Counted from the stretch's first letter, positions 29,338-40,317 are shown. The stretch is 64,000 nucleotides of DNA from an uncultured Nitrososphaerota archaeon (GCA_963701075.1 OY969559.1:832001-896000), one strand, 5' to 3'. Numbers and translations: made by a program. Notes: generated by a model from the sequence alone, not told the origin.

Positions 29338-30297
29338 TTAGTTTTTGGCTAACGCTGGTTTTAGGATAACCTTGATCTTGTATGCAGTCAGAATCTCCTT
29401 GCACCTGTTTCGTATAGTAACCTCGGTAATTCCTGCAACGCTTGAAACATCTCTTTGGAGGACACTTTGTCCGAGCAGTGTTGAGGCGATGTAGAGATAG
29501 GCAGCAGCAAGGCCATTTGGCGCCTTTCCGTCTGCCAGGTTGTGGTCTTCTGTCTTTTCTGCAATCTCAGCAGCAAGTCTTTCTACACGTACATCAAGTT
29601 TTGCGAGATTTGCAATCTTTGATATGTATTTTTCAAGGGTTACTACTGGTGCTGTCTTTGATCCAAGCTCCATCACGAGCATTCTGTAATATTTTGCAGT
29701 CAGTTTTACGTTCATTTTTTCGTCTTTTGTACTTCCAGTTGCAGAGCAAATCTCATCTAGTGATCTTACAACATCGCACTGCTTGCATGCCATGTAAATG
29801 GTTGCAGCTGACATGCAGGCAACAGATTTTCCTTTTGCCTCTGTTTGACCATCAAAGTTTCTGTATATTATTGATGCAGTCTCAATTACGTTTCTTGATA
29901 GTGCCAGTGACTGGCAAGTCTCTCCTATCTTTGAGAGTATGTTTGCAAGTCGTCTCTCTCTTGGAGAGGCAACTCTGATTCTTGTCTGCCACTTTCTTAG
30001 GTTGTACATCTGAAGTGCCATGTCGCTTGAAATTGTTTTTCCGCTAAAGTCTTTGGTTCCTAGTGCTATCTCTGTTCTGATTCCAAGGTCATGTTGTGCA
30101 TAAGTTGTCTGACCGGTTGCTCTTGCAGTTTTCATTTTTTCTTCTGGATTCGTTGATCTTGATTCTGGACCGTAATCTGACATTTGCTCCATTGCTACCA
30201 GTCCGCAGCCAGAACAAATTTTTTCTCCACTATGAATGTCATCAACTAAGGATGATCGACATTCTGGACAATTTGTCTGTAGTTCTGTCATGTTCAT
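29338..30297 (-). CDS. tfb: Transcription initiation factor IIB
   Basis: CPEC...CSGCG zinc ribbon; cyclin repeats; EVTIRNR. Confidence 0.95.
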   Translation of the reverse strand: MNMTELQTNCPECRSSLVDDIHSGEKICSGCGLVAMEQMSDYGPESRSTNPEEKMKTARATGQTTYAQHDLGIRTEIALGTKDFSGKTISSDMALQMYNLRKWQTRIRVASPRERRLANILSKIGETCQSLALSRNVIETASIIYRNFDGQTEAKGKSVACMSAATIYMACKQCDVVRSLDEICSATGSTKDEKMNVKLTAKYYRMLVMELGSKTAPVVTLEKYISKIANLAKLDVRVERLAAEIAEKTEDHNLADGKAPNGLAAAYLYIASTLLGQSVLQRDVSSVAGITEVTIRNRCKEILTAYKIKVILKPALAKN

Positions 30298-30563
30298 CTT
30301 CTATTTCCTCTGAATCTTTTCGGTTTCATCACAGGAGATTCTTCGACGACGTAAACATGCTGTCCGATGTGTCTTTTGATATTGTTGGTAAGCGGAATCG
30401 CGGATGCATACGGCGCATCAACCGGACCTATCATTTCCGAAACTTTGGCTACTTTGGTCCCAGACTTGTCTACTACGATCTGGCCATCATGTAGCGGTTT
30501 AGAAAGTCTAATCAAGACTCTACCGCTATTTGCTAAATGCAATACTTCGCCTACCTCCTGCAA
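30294..30563 (-). CDS. gar1: H/ACA RNP protein Gar1/Naf1
   Basis: VGEVLHLANSGR...IGPVDAPYA. Confidence 0.85.
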   Translation of the reverse strand: MQEVGEVLHLANSGRVLIRLSKPLHDGQIVVDKSGTKVAKVSEMIGPVDAPYASAIPLTNNIKRHIGQHVYVVEESPVMKPKRFRGNRR

Positions 30564-30608
30564 TTAGTCAATCAACCTAATACTGTTATCAATAGAGTTC
30601 TGTCAAAA

Positions 30609-30938
30609 TTACTTTAGCTCTAAGCTAGAATAACTGTTTACTTGGTCTGTTTCAGCTCTTCGTGATACCATCTTGTCTGAAATTGCAGAAATTATTTTGG
30701 CTTTTGGTTGTACCTTTGCAAGTACAATGTAGCCTGACCTGACATATGGTCTTCTTGGGAATCTTACTTGCTCGTTAGTCTCTGTTGGCTCAAACCCAGC
30801 TGCCTTGGATGCATCTATCAATTCTTTGAGCGAGGGATCGAAAATACTTTTTTCACGTGATACACGTCGGCCCATTTTTTTTGGAAGTGTCTTGTTGAAA
30901 TAATCCAACCAGATTACGACATGTTCGTAATCTTTCAT
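30609..30938 (-). CDS. srp19: Signal recognition particle 19-kDa protein (C-terminus probably frameshifted; true stop ~30638)
   Basis: IWLDYFN...GRRV...FPRRP motifs. Confidence 0.9.
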   Translation of the reverse strand: MKDYEHVVIWLDYFNKTLPKKMGRRVSREKSIFDPSLKELIDASKAAGFEPTETNEQVRFPRRPYVRSGYIVLAKVQPKAKIISAISDKMVSRRAETDQVNSYSSLELK

Positions 30939-30945
30939 TTTGTAA

Positions 30946-31326
30946 TCACTTTATCAAAATTGCGTTTACTGCACCGTCTTGACCTGGTCTTGAAACTACT
31001 CTGCACTGTCCATCCTCTGTTTCCAAAATTGCGCCCTTTGAAATTACACCACGTCTTTCATAATCAGTGCTTGTTGGGTTTTTTAGAACTTTGAGTATCT
31101 TTACTCTCTTTACCTTTCCATCTTGAACAGCTAGATTTACAAAATCTGTGGTCTTAAGTGAAGTCTTTCTGTTGTAGCCTCGAACTTTTCTTGTAATGGT
31201 AACATGAGGACCTAGAATTGCCTCAACTGAATATCTGTCAATTTCATACTTTCTCCTAGTTCTAAGAGGATATCGTCTGCCTCCAGTTATCTTACTAGTT
31301 GCAAGATTCTCCACAGATTTCTTCAT
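30946..31326 (-). CDS. rps8e: 30S ribosomal protein S8e
   Basis: KITGGR...RRGVISKGAI...SRPGQDGAVNA. Confidence 0.95.
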   Translation of the reverse strand: MKKSVENLATSKITGGRRYPLRTRRKYEIDRYSVEAILGPHVTITRKVRGYNRKTSLKTTDFVNLAVQDGKVKRVKILKVLKNPTSTDYERRGVISKGAILETEDGQCRVVSRPGQDGAVNAILIK

Positions 31327-31388
31327 AAGCAGACGATAAAGTGACTCTAATTTATACCATTTAGAACAAAATGTCACAGCCAGTGTCT

Positions 31389-31982
31389 TTACTGGCTTTG
31401 CTGCGTCATGGATTCTACATCTTCAGCCTGTGGCGGGGATTGGCTTGGAGAACTTTGGTTTGAAGATCTGACTTTTGTGAAAAGTTTCTGTTTTAGCAAA
31501 TCTTTGTCACCTTGGATTCCAAAGTATTTCTGGAATTTTTCTGTCGTGTTGTATATCTTGAGTCTTCCAACATTTTGGTGTTCAATGTATGCTAACTGCT
31601 CAAGCAGCTTGAGATGCAAGTATACACCGGAACCGCGGACCTCGACCAATCTTTTTGATGAAATTGGCTGCATGTATGCAACATATGATAATGTCTTCAA
31701 TGTCGCAGTTGGAAGCAAGGGCTTTGATGCATACTTTCTGATAACAGTATTGTACTCGGGTTTTAGCTGAAATACGTACGAGCCATCGGGCAGAGACGCT
31801 ATCTCTAGTGCCCTAAAGGCAGACTTGGTCTTTTTCACAATTCCTGTCATGAGGGAAAGCGTCTTGGTTCTTGATTCGGTACCAGACGCCTTTATCAGCT
31901 CCTCTATTGTCAGCGGCCTTCCTGCAGAATACAGGGCTGCCTCTAGTCTGGCAATTGCCTCGTCATCTTCTACCTTACCCAT
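31389..31982 (-). CDS. scpB: SMC-Scp complex subunit ScpB
   Basis: LEAALYSAG, TLSYVAYMQPIS, VRG and TTEKFQKYFG motifs. Confidence 0.92.
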   Translation of the reverse strand: MGKVEDDEAIARLEAALYSAGRPLTIEELIKASGTESRTKTLSLMTGIVKKTKSAFRALEIASLPDGSYVFQLKPEYNTVIRKYASKPLLPTATLKTLSYVAYMQPISSKRLVEVRGSGVYLHLKLLEQLAYIEHQNVGRLKIYNTTEKFQKYFGIQGDKDLLKQKLFTKVRSSNQSSPSQSPPQAEDVESMTQQSQ

Positions 31983-32052
31983 TTATACAAAAAAGGAGGT
32001 CAGAAGATACTTAAATGAAATTCCTATTGACAGTTGATTCACTTGTAAATTT

Positions 32053-32712
32053 CTATTTTGTAAAAGAGACAACTATGTCGTCTTCTGTCTGCTCCAAGTC
32101 TACCTTCATATCCCTTGCCAAAAATAGTATTGCAAAGAAGCACCTGATCACGTCTACCAACTCAAGGCCTGAGGTGATGTTCTTAAATGAGCCTGACCCT
32201 GTTGGCCTTATCTTGTTCATTATGAGCTCCTCATACTGGCCAATTATCTTCTCAAGCGAGATGAAATAATCGTCAAAGTTTGGTACCTGAACGGGTTCGA
32301 AATCCATCTGTCTGCGGCTTGAACGCGGGTTTGCAATAGTTCCAATCAGGTTCTCAAGCACGGAGAGCAACTCATCCAAGGTAACAGGATATGTGGACTC
32401 GTGTCGGTAAGGCATGTTTATTATTTCAATATCGACATTTTCTCTCTGGTTGAGGGGCCTTTTCTCCATGGCTGCCTTTTGTAAGGCAAATATGCTTTCC
32501 ACCTTCATTCTATGAATCATTGCTGACGAGAGGGCGGCAATTCCTGCTACACGGAGGTCTTTCTTGTCTGTCTGATTTAGAATTGTAATTAACATGCTCA
32601 GTATGCGAGTGATATCTATGCTCCAGACATCTTTTTTGGATATGTCAAGAGGTGTAAAGAGAATGTTAACTGGAGGTTGTGCAAGACCAGTGCTAGTATT
32701 TTCCTCAGTCAC
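32053..32712 (-). CDS. scpA: SMC-Scp complex subunit ScpA (kleisin)
   Basis: DVWSIDI...FFAILFLA...LEQ; adjacent to scpB. Confidence 0.85.
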   Translation of the reverse strand: MTEENTSTGLAQPPVNILFTPLDISKKDVWSIDITRILSMLITILNQTDKKDLRVAGIAALSSAMIHRMKVESIFALQKAAMEKRPLNQRENVDIEIINMPYRHESTYPVTLDELLSVLENLIGTIANPRSSRRQMDFEPVQVPNFDDYFISLEKIIGQYEELIMNKIRPTGSGSFKNITSGLELVDVIRCFFAILFLARDMKVDLEQTEDDIVVSFTK

Positions 32713-32830
32713 TAGATGTCATGTCTCCTATCTTTATAATATCTGTTTGATTTGCTCTTTTGACCGCCCAAGTCAAGAATTTTACCATTTTTGCAACTCA
32801 AAAAATATAATCTTGTACTGTATTAGCAAA

Positions 32831-33551
32831 GTGTTGGATAAAGACCTTGAAAAGTTTGACTTGGCATGTACCTACTTGAAAAATGATCAGAACATCTCAG
32901 CACACAATCTGTTCATATCTCTTGCCCAAGATGCAATGAAAAAGGAGAACTTCAAGGCAGGAGTATATCTCATTCTTGCCTCAGAATGCAAGGCAAGGCA
33001 AGGCAAGGATAACAAGGAAGAGCTTGGCATGGCTGCAAAATACTATCTCAAGATTGCAAAAAAAGACAACTTTAGCTCGTCCTATGCATACCAATGTGCA
33101 GCAAGATGCTTTCTCAAGTCAGGCCAGGTAGACATGGCAATGAAAGTGTCAGAAGAGGCAAAAAAACACGTACCAACAATTGTTGAAGAGAAAAGGCCAA
33201 TTGTCATAATAGATGACAGCCCTGCAATTACGTTACGACTCAAGAGTCTATCTTGAGCAACTTGGATATGATGACATCAAGACCACAAATGACGGAAATG
33301 ACGCCATCAAACTTGTTACAAAATTAATCAATGACTCGCAAAATCCCCTCATACTACTTGACATGCAGATGCCCAACATGACAGGTGATACTGTTGCAAA
33401 GAAATTACTGGAGAAAAAACCAGATCTTTCCATCATATTGATAACTGCAGATGAAAAAAGTAATCCGCGAGTTCGCAAGACAATTGGACTTGGCTCTACG
33501 GCATTTATTCAAAAGCCATTTACAATAAATGAGCTGAAAAAATGCACTTGA
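32831..33551 (+). CDS. Response regulator with helical (TPR/SNAP-like) N-terminus (split by indel at 33245-33249)
   Basis: IIDDSP in one frame; LLDMQMPNMTG...ITA...IQKPF in the next. Confidence 0.82.
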
Positions 33552-33571
33552 TACCACGGAACAGAACCGTA

Positions 33572-34078
33572 TTAGGTAAGAAGCAAGAGAGACATATTCA
33601 AGAGATTGACATCTTTTACCTGAAGGCCGCTTATTCTATAATCTGAAACCTGATCAGAAAACTTTTCAATTACTTTTGACGTGGGGTTTTTCTCGGCATT
33701 CTCAAGTCTCATCACTATCAACATGTTCCAATCGCCATCAAGTGTTGCAACAAAAAGATAATTTGGAAACGTCTTTGCAAAATCCTTTATCGATTCGACC
33801 TGACTGTTAATTGAACGGGCAATCTTTAATTTCAAAAACAATGCCTCAAACTCACCTGTGGCAGAGACTCCACTCAAGACTGCCTTGTACCCCTTTATGA
33901 TACCGCTCTTCTCTAACCGCTCAATTCTCTTTCGGATGGTTCTATCAGAAACATCCACTCCTGCATTTCTAAGCTCAGACGCAATCTCTTTGGAAGGGGT
34001 TCTTGCATTCTTGTTTAAAATTGCGATAATCTTTTGGTCTATTTCATCTAAAGAGGACCAGCCTGAATCTTCTGACAT
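33572..34078 (-). CDS. Lrp/AsnC family regulator
   Basis: LDEIDQKII...NARTPS...RIERLEKSGIIKGY. Confidence 0.9.
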   Translation of the reverse strand: MSEDSGWSSLDEIDQKIIAILNKNARTPSKEIASELRNAGVDVSDRTIRKRIERLEKSGIIKGYKAVLSGVSATGEFEALFLKLKIARSINSQVESIKDFAKTFPNYLFVATLDGDWNMLIVMRLENAEKNPTSKVIEKFSDQVSDYRISGLQVKDVNLLNMSLLLLT

Positions 34079-34116
34079 TATTAGTATAGTAAATCATGTG
34101 TTTTTGAATTTTATGA

Positions 34117-34239
34117 TGGTCCCACGCGCAGGATTCGAACTTGCGACTCTCCGGTTTCTGTAAGCCTGATAGGCTGATGACGGTCAGCCGAGAGCCAACC
34201 ACTACAGCCGGATGCTCTACCAGGCTGAGCTAGCGTGGG
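34117..34239 (-). tRNA. tRNA-Tyr(GTA) with 46-nt intron (34156-34201), encoded CCA
   Basis: C1-G72 acceptor CCCACGC/GCGTGGG; anticodon stem TCCGG/CCGGA; GTA; TTCGAAT; intron at 37/38. Confidence 0.93.
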
Positions 34240-34382
34240 ACATCGATTCTCATCCAGTTTGTTCGTATTAAATAATTATCGGATAGGAAAAACAATTGCA
34301 TATTTCCCAAAATCTGAAATAGATCTAGAAAACTTTGGGCCCTACCACACTACATATAAGAAGGTAGTTTGATCCCGATCAC

Positions 34383-34994
34383 GTGTCTGGTTCCGGGGTT
34401 ACCGAGGGAGGATATGTATGTGCACCATATTTGCACAACGAATCATCATCCAAACTCAAAGAATCATTGGAAAACTCTGCTTACATTGATGACATGTACT
34501 TTGTTACTGCCACTTTTTCAGAAGATGGCAATGCATACTTTCCGTCACACAACAATACGTATCTTCTTGCAAGATTTCGAGACCAACAACCTATACTGGA
34601 AGAAGTTAACAAGTACAAGCAAGAGAGACCAACATTTGTCTTCTCAAGATATACAGAGTTCTTTGAAAGATTCAGCGACCAAAAACTCAATCTTGTTTCT
34701 GTTTATTATCTTGATTATGGACACTCAGAATCCGATCTCTCAGACTTGGCATTGATTGTGGCAAAGCGCAACAGAGTAAGACGGGCAGAGTGTGGAACTT
34801 TGCACATGTCCTCAACCGAGTCCCCCAAGTTTACTTTTCCATATGTGGATAATTTGGTTGTCTTTGAAGTCTCAAGTGGAAACACACATCAGAGCGACAA
34901 CAAGTATTGCGAAAAGACAAGAAAGGAAGTTGCAAGAAAAGGAATCAGACTGACCAATTTGTTGAACCTTTCTGTGATAGAAAAAATAAAATAA
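34383..34994 (+). CDS. Conserved hypothetical protein
   Basis: 203-aa ORF with GTG start. Confidence 0.7.
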   Translation: MSGSGVTEGGYVCAPYLHNESSSKLKESLENSAYIDDMYFVTATFSEDGNAYFPSHNNTYLLARFRDQQPILEEVNKYKQERPTFVFSRYTEFFERFSDQKLNLVSVYYLDYGHSESDLSDLALIVAKRNRVRRAECGTLHMSSTESPKFTFPYVDNLVVFEVSSGNTHQSDNKYCEKTRKEVARKGIRLTNLLNLSVIEKIK

Positions 34995-35029
34995 AAAAGT
35001 TATATACTCTGCCAAATTCTGTTTGTGTG

Positions 35030-35437
35030 ATGAGCAAGCCTTCTGAACTTGGTTCACTTAAAATTGGATCTTACATCTTGCTACCTGTTGACGCTTCAAG
35101 TCAAGAGCCATGCAAGATAGTAGAATATGATACCAGTAAACCGGGAAAGCACGGAGTTGCAAAGGCAAGAATTGTAGCTGTTGGAATATTTGACAAGAAA
35201 AAATATCCACACGTATCTCCTGTGAGTGCACAGGTACAGGTACCGCTAATTGACAAGAGGGTGGGCTCTGTGATATCAAAAACCGATGCAATTGTACAGG
35301 TAATGGACTCGGAGAGCTTTGAGGTCTTCGATGTGTCACAGATAGAAGATGAAGTGGTAGACAAGGTAGCCCAGGGACAAGATGTTGAATACTGGAAGGT
35401 AATGGATAGAACTATTATAGTCCGAATCAAGAACTAG
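35030..35437 (+). CDS. eif5a: Translation factor aIF-5A
   Basis: SKPGKHG hypusination loop; start at MSKPSELG. Confidence 0.95.
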   Translation: MSKPSELGSLKIGSYILLPVDASSQEPCKIVEYDTSKPGKHGVAKARIVAVGIFDKKKYPHVSPVSAQVQVPLIDKRVGSVISKTDAIVQVMDSESFEVFDVSQIEDEVVDKVAQGQDVEYWKVMDRTIIVRIKN

Positions 35438-35441
35438 GTTC

Positions 35442-35509
35442 GGATGCTGATGATGACGAGAAAAGCCAACTGATATCATTGTGATGAAGATTATGAGTGT
35501 GAAGCATCC
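35442..35509 (+). ncRNA. C/D box guide sRNA
   Basis: Terminal stem GGATGCT/AGCATCC; box C ATGATGA 35450-56; D' CTGA 35470-73; C' GTGATGA 35481-87; D GTGA 35499-502. Confidence 0.82.
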
Positions 35510-35562
35510 AAGGCTTTCTCTTTCTCGAATGAGTTATACGCAGTGACATGCATACATAGCAC

Positions 35563-35676
35563 ATGAAAGGCCTATGTCACGTATGTCTTGCATCAAACGT
35601 CGAGGTTACGCTAAAGGGCCCCTTGGCCCTGTGTGAGGGCTGCCTCAAAAAAGTAACCGAGTTAGAAAAAAATTAA
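35563..35676 (+). CDS. 37-aa CxxC...CxxC zinc-binding microprotein
   Basis: MKGLCHVCLASNVEVTLKGPLALCEGCLKKVTELEKN*. Confidence 0.65.
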   Translation: MKGLCHVCLASNVEVTLKGPLALCEGCLKKVTELEKN

Positions 35677-35702
35677 TTGAATAGATACATCCAGAGTGCA
35701 AA

Positions 35703-36392
35703 TTGAAACTTGGATCACTTTTCTCAGGCGGAAAGGACAGTACCTTTGCCATTTACAAGGCAAAATCTGAAGGCCATGACATATCATGTCTTGTTACCAT
35801 ATTTCCAAAATCTGAAGAAAGTCATCTACTACACCATCCAAACATTGGGCTTACTGTACTCCAGGCAAAAGCTATGAACATTCCGCAAATTACTGTCGGT
35901 CTTGATTCTGATGATACCAAAATAGAGGTTGATAATCTAAAAAAAGCGTTAAAGACCGCAAAAGAGCAGTTTGGAATAGAGGGAGTAGTTCATGGGGGAA
36001 TCCGTAGTGAATTTCAGAAAAACCACTTTGAAACAATTTGTCGCAGTATGAATCTTGACGTGATCGCTCCGCTTTGGAATGTAAACGAGGCAAGCTATCT
36101 GCGTGAGCTGATACAATCTGGGTTTCAGTTTATTGTTACAAGTGTTACTGCACAGGGACTTGACGATTCTTGGCTTGGAAAAGAAATAACTGCACCAGAT
36201 GTTGAAAAATTAATTGCCATGTCATCCAAGTTTGGGTTCAACGCATCGTTTGAGGGAGGAGAGGCGGAGACATTTGTGGTATCATGTCCTTTGTTTTCTG
36301 GACGCATCAAGATTGTAAAATCAAACCAAATATGGGATGGGTACAGAGGAAGGTTTGAAATAACCGAAGCTGTTTTGGAAGAGCAATGCTAG
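35703..36392 (+). CDS. dph6: Diphthine-ammonia ligase (PP-loop ATPase)
   Basis: LFSGGKDS, APLW and FEGGEAETFV motifs. Confidence 0.88.
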   Translation: MKLGSLFSGGKDSTFAIYKAKSEGHDISCLVTIFPKSEESHLLHHPNIGLTVLQAKAMNIPQITVGLDSDDTKIEVDNLKKALKTAKEQFGIEGVVHGGIRSEFQKNHFETICRSMNLDVIAPLWNVNEASYLRELIQSGFQFIVTSVTAQGLDDSWLGKEITAPDVEKLIAMSSKFGFNASFEGGEAETFVVSCPLFSGRIKIVKSNQIWDGYRGRFEITEAVLEEQC

Positions 36393-37712
36393 ACAGCCTC
36401 AAGACAGGCCTCCGGGCTGCACTGAAAAAAATAGTCAACTCGTCTGCCATAGATGAGGCACTAATCAAGGAATTATCTAAAGACATCCAGAGGGCACTGC
36501 TACAGTCTGATGTCAATGTAAAACTTGTCTTTCAAATTACAAAAAATCTGGAGGAGCGCTCTCTCAACGAGACTCCACCTCCGGGGCTATCAAGAAAGGA
36601 TCACATTGTAAAGATCTTGTATGACGAACTTTCAAAATTGCTGGGAACAGAGAACGAGTACATTTTCCAGCCAGGTAAGATGAACCGCGTACTAATGCTT
36701 GGAATCCAGGGTAGCGGCAAGACAACAATAACATCAAAACTTGCAAAATATCTGACAAAGCAGGGATATAGGGTCTGTGTAGTTGGAGCAGACACGTACA
36801 GGCCTGGAGCCTTGACTCAACTCAAGACAATGTGTGAAAAGGCAAATGTTGAAGTCTATGGCGAGGAAGGCAACAAGGACTCGCCTGAGATTGTAAAAAA
36901 TGGCCTGAAACATTTTGAGGGAAAGAATTTTGATATTGCACTGATAGATACTGCTGGACGACACAAGGAAGAAAAAGATCTACTCGACGAAATGGTTCGA
37001 ATAGGTCAGGTAGCAAACCCTGACTTGGCATTGCTCATCATTGATGGTACAATAGGCCAGCAGTGTTACAACCAGGCAGAAGCGTTTCACAAAACAGTTC
37101 CAGTTGGCGGTATCATCATAACAAAATTAGATTCTAGTGCAAAGGGTGGTGGGGCTCTTGCTGCAGCGGCCGCTACCGGTGCTAAAATAATGTACATTGG
37201 AACAGGTGAGCGAATTGACGATTTGGAAAAGTTTTCGCCAACTAGATTTGTCGGAAGGATGCTTGGAATGGGAGACATTCAGGCCCTGCTTGACATGGCA
37301 GCAAGACTGGAGACTGAGGGAAACGAAGAGAGGCTCAAGCGCATATCGCATGGCAAGATGAACATGGAAGATTTCTATTTCCAGATAGAAGAAGCTTACA
37401 AAGGCAGGAGGCCTGCGAAGCATAATGGAGAACATGCCTGGAATTTCTGGAATGGTAAAAGAAGACCAGCTAGACCAACAGGAAGAGAGGATGGAAAGAT
37501 GGAGGTATGCAATACAGTCCATGACAAAAGAGGAAAAGGCTGATCCAGATCTAATCAATGCATCTCGCGTAAAGAGAATCGCGCGTGGCTCTGGCTGGCC
37601 TGAACATGAGATAAAAGAGTTACTCAAAGCATACAAGAACTCTAAGACCATGATGAAAGCATCAAAGGGCAGGCAATTACAGGGAATGCTGCGCAAGATG
37701 GGTCTTGGATAA
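36386..37712 (+). CDS. srp54: Signal recognition particle protein Srp54 (split by indel at ~37393)
   Basis: GIQGSGKTT, DTAGRH, TKLD..AKGGG and LGMGD motifs; M-domain SMTKEE...RIARGSG in the next frame. Confidence 0.95.
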
Positions 37713-37915
37713 ATTTCGACATATTTTGATTCTTTTAGCAAAATTTGAGATCGCCAAAATACTGTTCTTTGCAAGTTGTTTATAGAATTGTCAGATTCAA
37801 ACTCCTTTTCCATAATTTTTTATTTTCATTAGATGGTTCTCTCTTATCTGTACTGGCTAGTGAAATTCACGGGTAGAGATTTATGCACCTGTTCATCCTA
37901 CCCCGATAGATTCAG

Positions 37916-40246
37916 ATGCCATTAGAGCAAAACACCGGACTTGTTCGTAGTCTATCTCTATTAGACATAACTATGATTGGTATTGCCGCAATGATAGGTG
38001 GCGCCATCTTTAATCTAGTAGGTCCTGCAATGAATCAAACAGGACCATCTCTTATCATTGTCTTTCTTGTCAGCGGAATAATCAGCCTTTTTACTGCTTT
38101 GACTTATGCTGAACTTGGTTCTGCATTTCCAGAAGCCGGTGGTGGCTATAGATGGGTAAGAGAAGGACTCCCAAGACCAAATGCCTTCATCAGCGGTTGG
38201 ATAGCTTGGTTTGCTCACATGATAGCAGGCAGTCTCTACGCTGTTTCGATCGGGGATTTTTTTGGAGGTTTTCTTACAAGTGTTGGCGTTGCATCTGAAT
38301 ATGGAGGAGTGCCACTAGGAAAAATTATTGCAATAATTTCGATAATAATATTTACATACGTAAATTACAGAGGAGTTTCACTCACCGGTAAAGTAGGAAA
38401 CATACTTACAATTACACAGCTAGGAATAATAGTAATTCTAATAGTTGCTGGCTTGTTTGCAATGGCTTTTTTCAATCCTCACTGGGCAGTAAACTTTCAA
38501 CATCTTGCTCCAAATGGAATAACTGGTTTTATTTTGGCGATGGGAATTACATACATTGCTTTTGAGGGTTATGAGATAATCGTACAAGCCGGAGAAGAGG
38601 TAAAAAATCCAAAGAAAAATATTCCAAGAGCAATTTTTATTGCGTTGGGAGTAGTGACCGCTCTCTACATAGTTTTTACTTTCTCATTTCTTGGAGGATT
38701 GAGTAGTTCTGTTCTTGGAAAGGAAGTCTGGCAATACATTGGTGGTTATCAGGATCTTGGAATTGCACAGGCTGCTCAACACCTTGTACCATATGGAACA
38801 ATTGTAGTTTTTGCAGGAGGAATGATCTCAAGTGTGGCAGCCCTTAGTGCCACCACTTTCTCATCAAGTAGAGTTTCATATGCAATGGGCAGACAATACA
38901 ATCTGCCATACATTTTCAGCTCTATTCATGCCAAATATCACACGCCTCATTTTGCAGTGATCGCTTCAGGGTTCATCATGTTGATAATGGCAACATGGCT
39001 CCCATTGGAACAAATCGCAATTGTCGCCGGTGTGATGTTTCTATTTCTCTTTACTCAGGTTAACTGGGCAGGAATTAATATTCGAAGACTCTACGGCCAC
39101 AAGCTAGACTATGGGTTTAAAATTCCTCTATTTCCACTCATGCCAATAATTGGCATAATTTGTAAGGCAGGACTTGCCATTTTCCTGCTGATATACGATC
39201 CACTGAGCTGGGCAATCGCCATTGTGTGGATTATTATAGGATTTTCAATCTACAAATTGTACATCTCAAAAAAAGAGATAGAGCATTATGCTCCCCTAGT
39301 CGCAAACATGGGTCCTTCCAATAGAAAAGATTACCGCATAATGGTTGTTTTTAACAAAAAAACTGTTGAAAAACTTGTAAAGATTGCATCTGCCATAGCA
39401 AAAGACAAGGACGGTGAAATCTCGCTTCTAAATGTGGCAACAATACCTCTCCAGATTCCACTCTCGATGGCACATGGTTTTGCCGATCCTGTTATGAAAT
39501 CATTTGATGAATTAAAAAAGAATCCCAGTTTTTTAGAATATCGATATCTTGTCAGACTGTCACATGATACAACGGAGGCAATTCTTGCTACTGTGGAGGA
39601 ACAGGGAATAAATCTTCTTATAATGGATTTCTTTGATCTTCGAAATAATAGAAAATTGATGACTCTTACTACGTGCGATATTCTTGGGGTAAGTATTAGG
39701 AAGGAATTTGAAAAAGAACTTTCGCATATCGTAATTGCATATGACAAAGGAAGGCACTCAGATTTCGGGCTCGAAATTGCAAATTCATTTTCTAAATCCT
39801 TGGACAGCAAGATAAGAATTTTGAGAGGAGTTGTAGAATCGCCTGAAGAGGAACGGGACATCCTGAGTAAAATAAACGAAAAAATGTTTGATCTTGATCT
39901 TAAAAAAATACCAGTTGAAAGAATTTATCCCACAAGTATTGATGTAACGAAAGATCTGCTAGAAAACCTAAACAAAGACCCCGAGGTAGTAATAATTGGA
40001 GCAGGAAATCAACCAGAACAAGCTTTCAGTCCTAAAACATTGGAAATAGTAGAAAAATCTCGTTTCAGTGTATTTGTAGTACGTAATTCAAGACTTTCTG
40101 AGATCAAAGCAAGATACTTTTGGCACATGATTGCTCCAAGACTAAAAGAGAACAGATTTGTTTACAAAATATACAGTACATCTCTTCGATTAATAAAATC
40201 AAGGAAAAGAATATCCGATGAAGAATACTTTTCTCCAAAAATCTAA
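37916..40246 (+). CDS. APC amino-acid permease with C-terminal universal-stress-protein-like domains
   Basis: MIGGAIF, YAELGSAFPEAGGGY and AFEGYE motifs; ~12 TM; soluble USP-like tail. Confidence 0.9.
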   Translation: MPLEQNTGLVRSLSLLDITMIGIAAMIGGAIFNLVGPAMNQTGPSLIIVFLVSGIISLFTALTYAELGSAFPEAGGGYRWVREGLPRPNAFISGWIAWFAHMIAGSLYAVSIGDFFGGFLTSVGVASEYGGVPLGKIIAIISIIIFTYVNYRGVSLTGKVGNILTITQLGIIVILIVAGLFAMAFFNPHWAVNFQHLAPNGITGFILAMGITYIAFEGYEIIVQAGEEVKNPKKNIPRAIFIALGVVTALYIVFTFSFLGGLSSSVLGKEVWQYIGGYQDLGIAQAAQHLVPYGTIVVFAGGMISSVAALSATTFSSSRVSYAMGRQYNLPYIFSSIHAKYHTPHFAVIASGFIMLIMATWLPLEQIAIVAGVMFLFLFTQVNWAGINIRRLYGHKLDYGFKIPLFPLMPIIGIICKAGLAIFLLIYDPLSWAIAIVWIIIGFSIYKLYISKKEIEHYAPLVANMGPSNRKDYRIMVVFNKKTVEKLVKIASAIAKDKDGEISLLNVATIPLQIPLSMAHGFADPVMKSFDELKKNPSFLEYRYLVRLSHDTTEAILATVEEQGINLLIMDFFDLRNNRKLMTLTTCDILGVSIRKEFEKELSHIVIAYDKGRHSDFGLEIANSFSKSLDSKIRILRGVVESPEEERDILSKINEKMFDLDLKKIPVERIYPTSIDVTKDLLENLNKDPEVVIIGAGNQPEQAFSPKTLEIVEKSRFSVFVVRNSRLSEIKARYFWHMIAPRLKENRFVYKIYSTSLRLIKSRKRISDEEYFSPKI

Positions 40247-40317
40247 TTTTATGCTGCAGATTTACTAATTCTAGTCTTACAGGATTCAAACTTTCAGTGA
40301 GTTCAGGTTGTAGAGAT

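Noticed and set aside
34126-34145. A-C mismatch in the tRNA-Tyr T-stem
   Set aside because: Single mismatch in an otherwise canonical tRNA; tolerated or a read error
26380-34239. tRNA genes as integration sites
   Set aside because: No duplicated tRNA 3' end or integrase seen in the window
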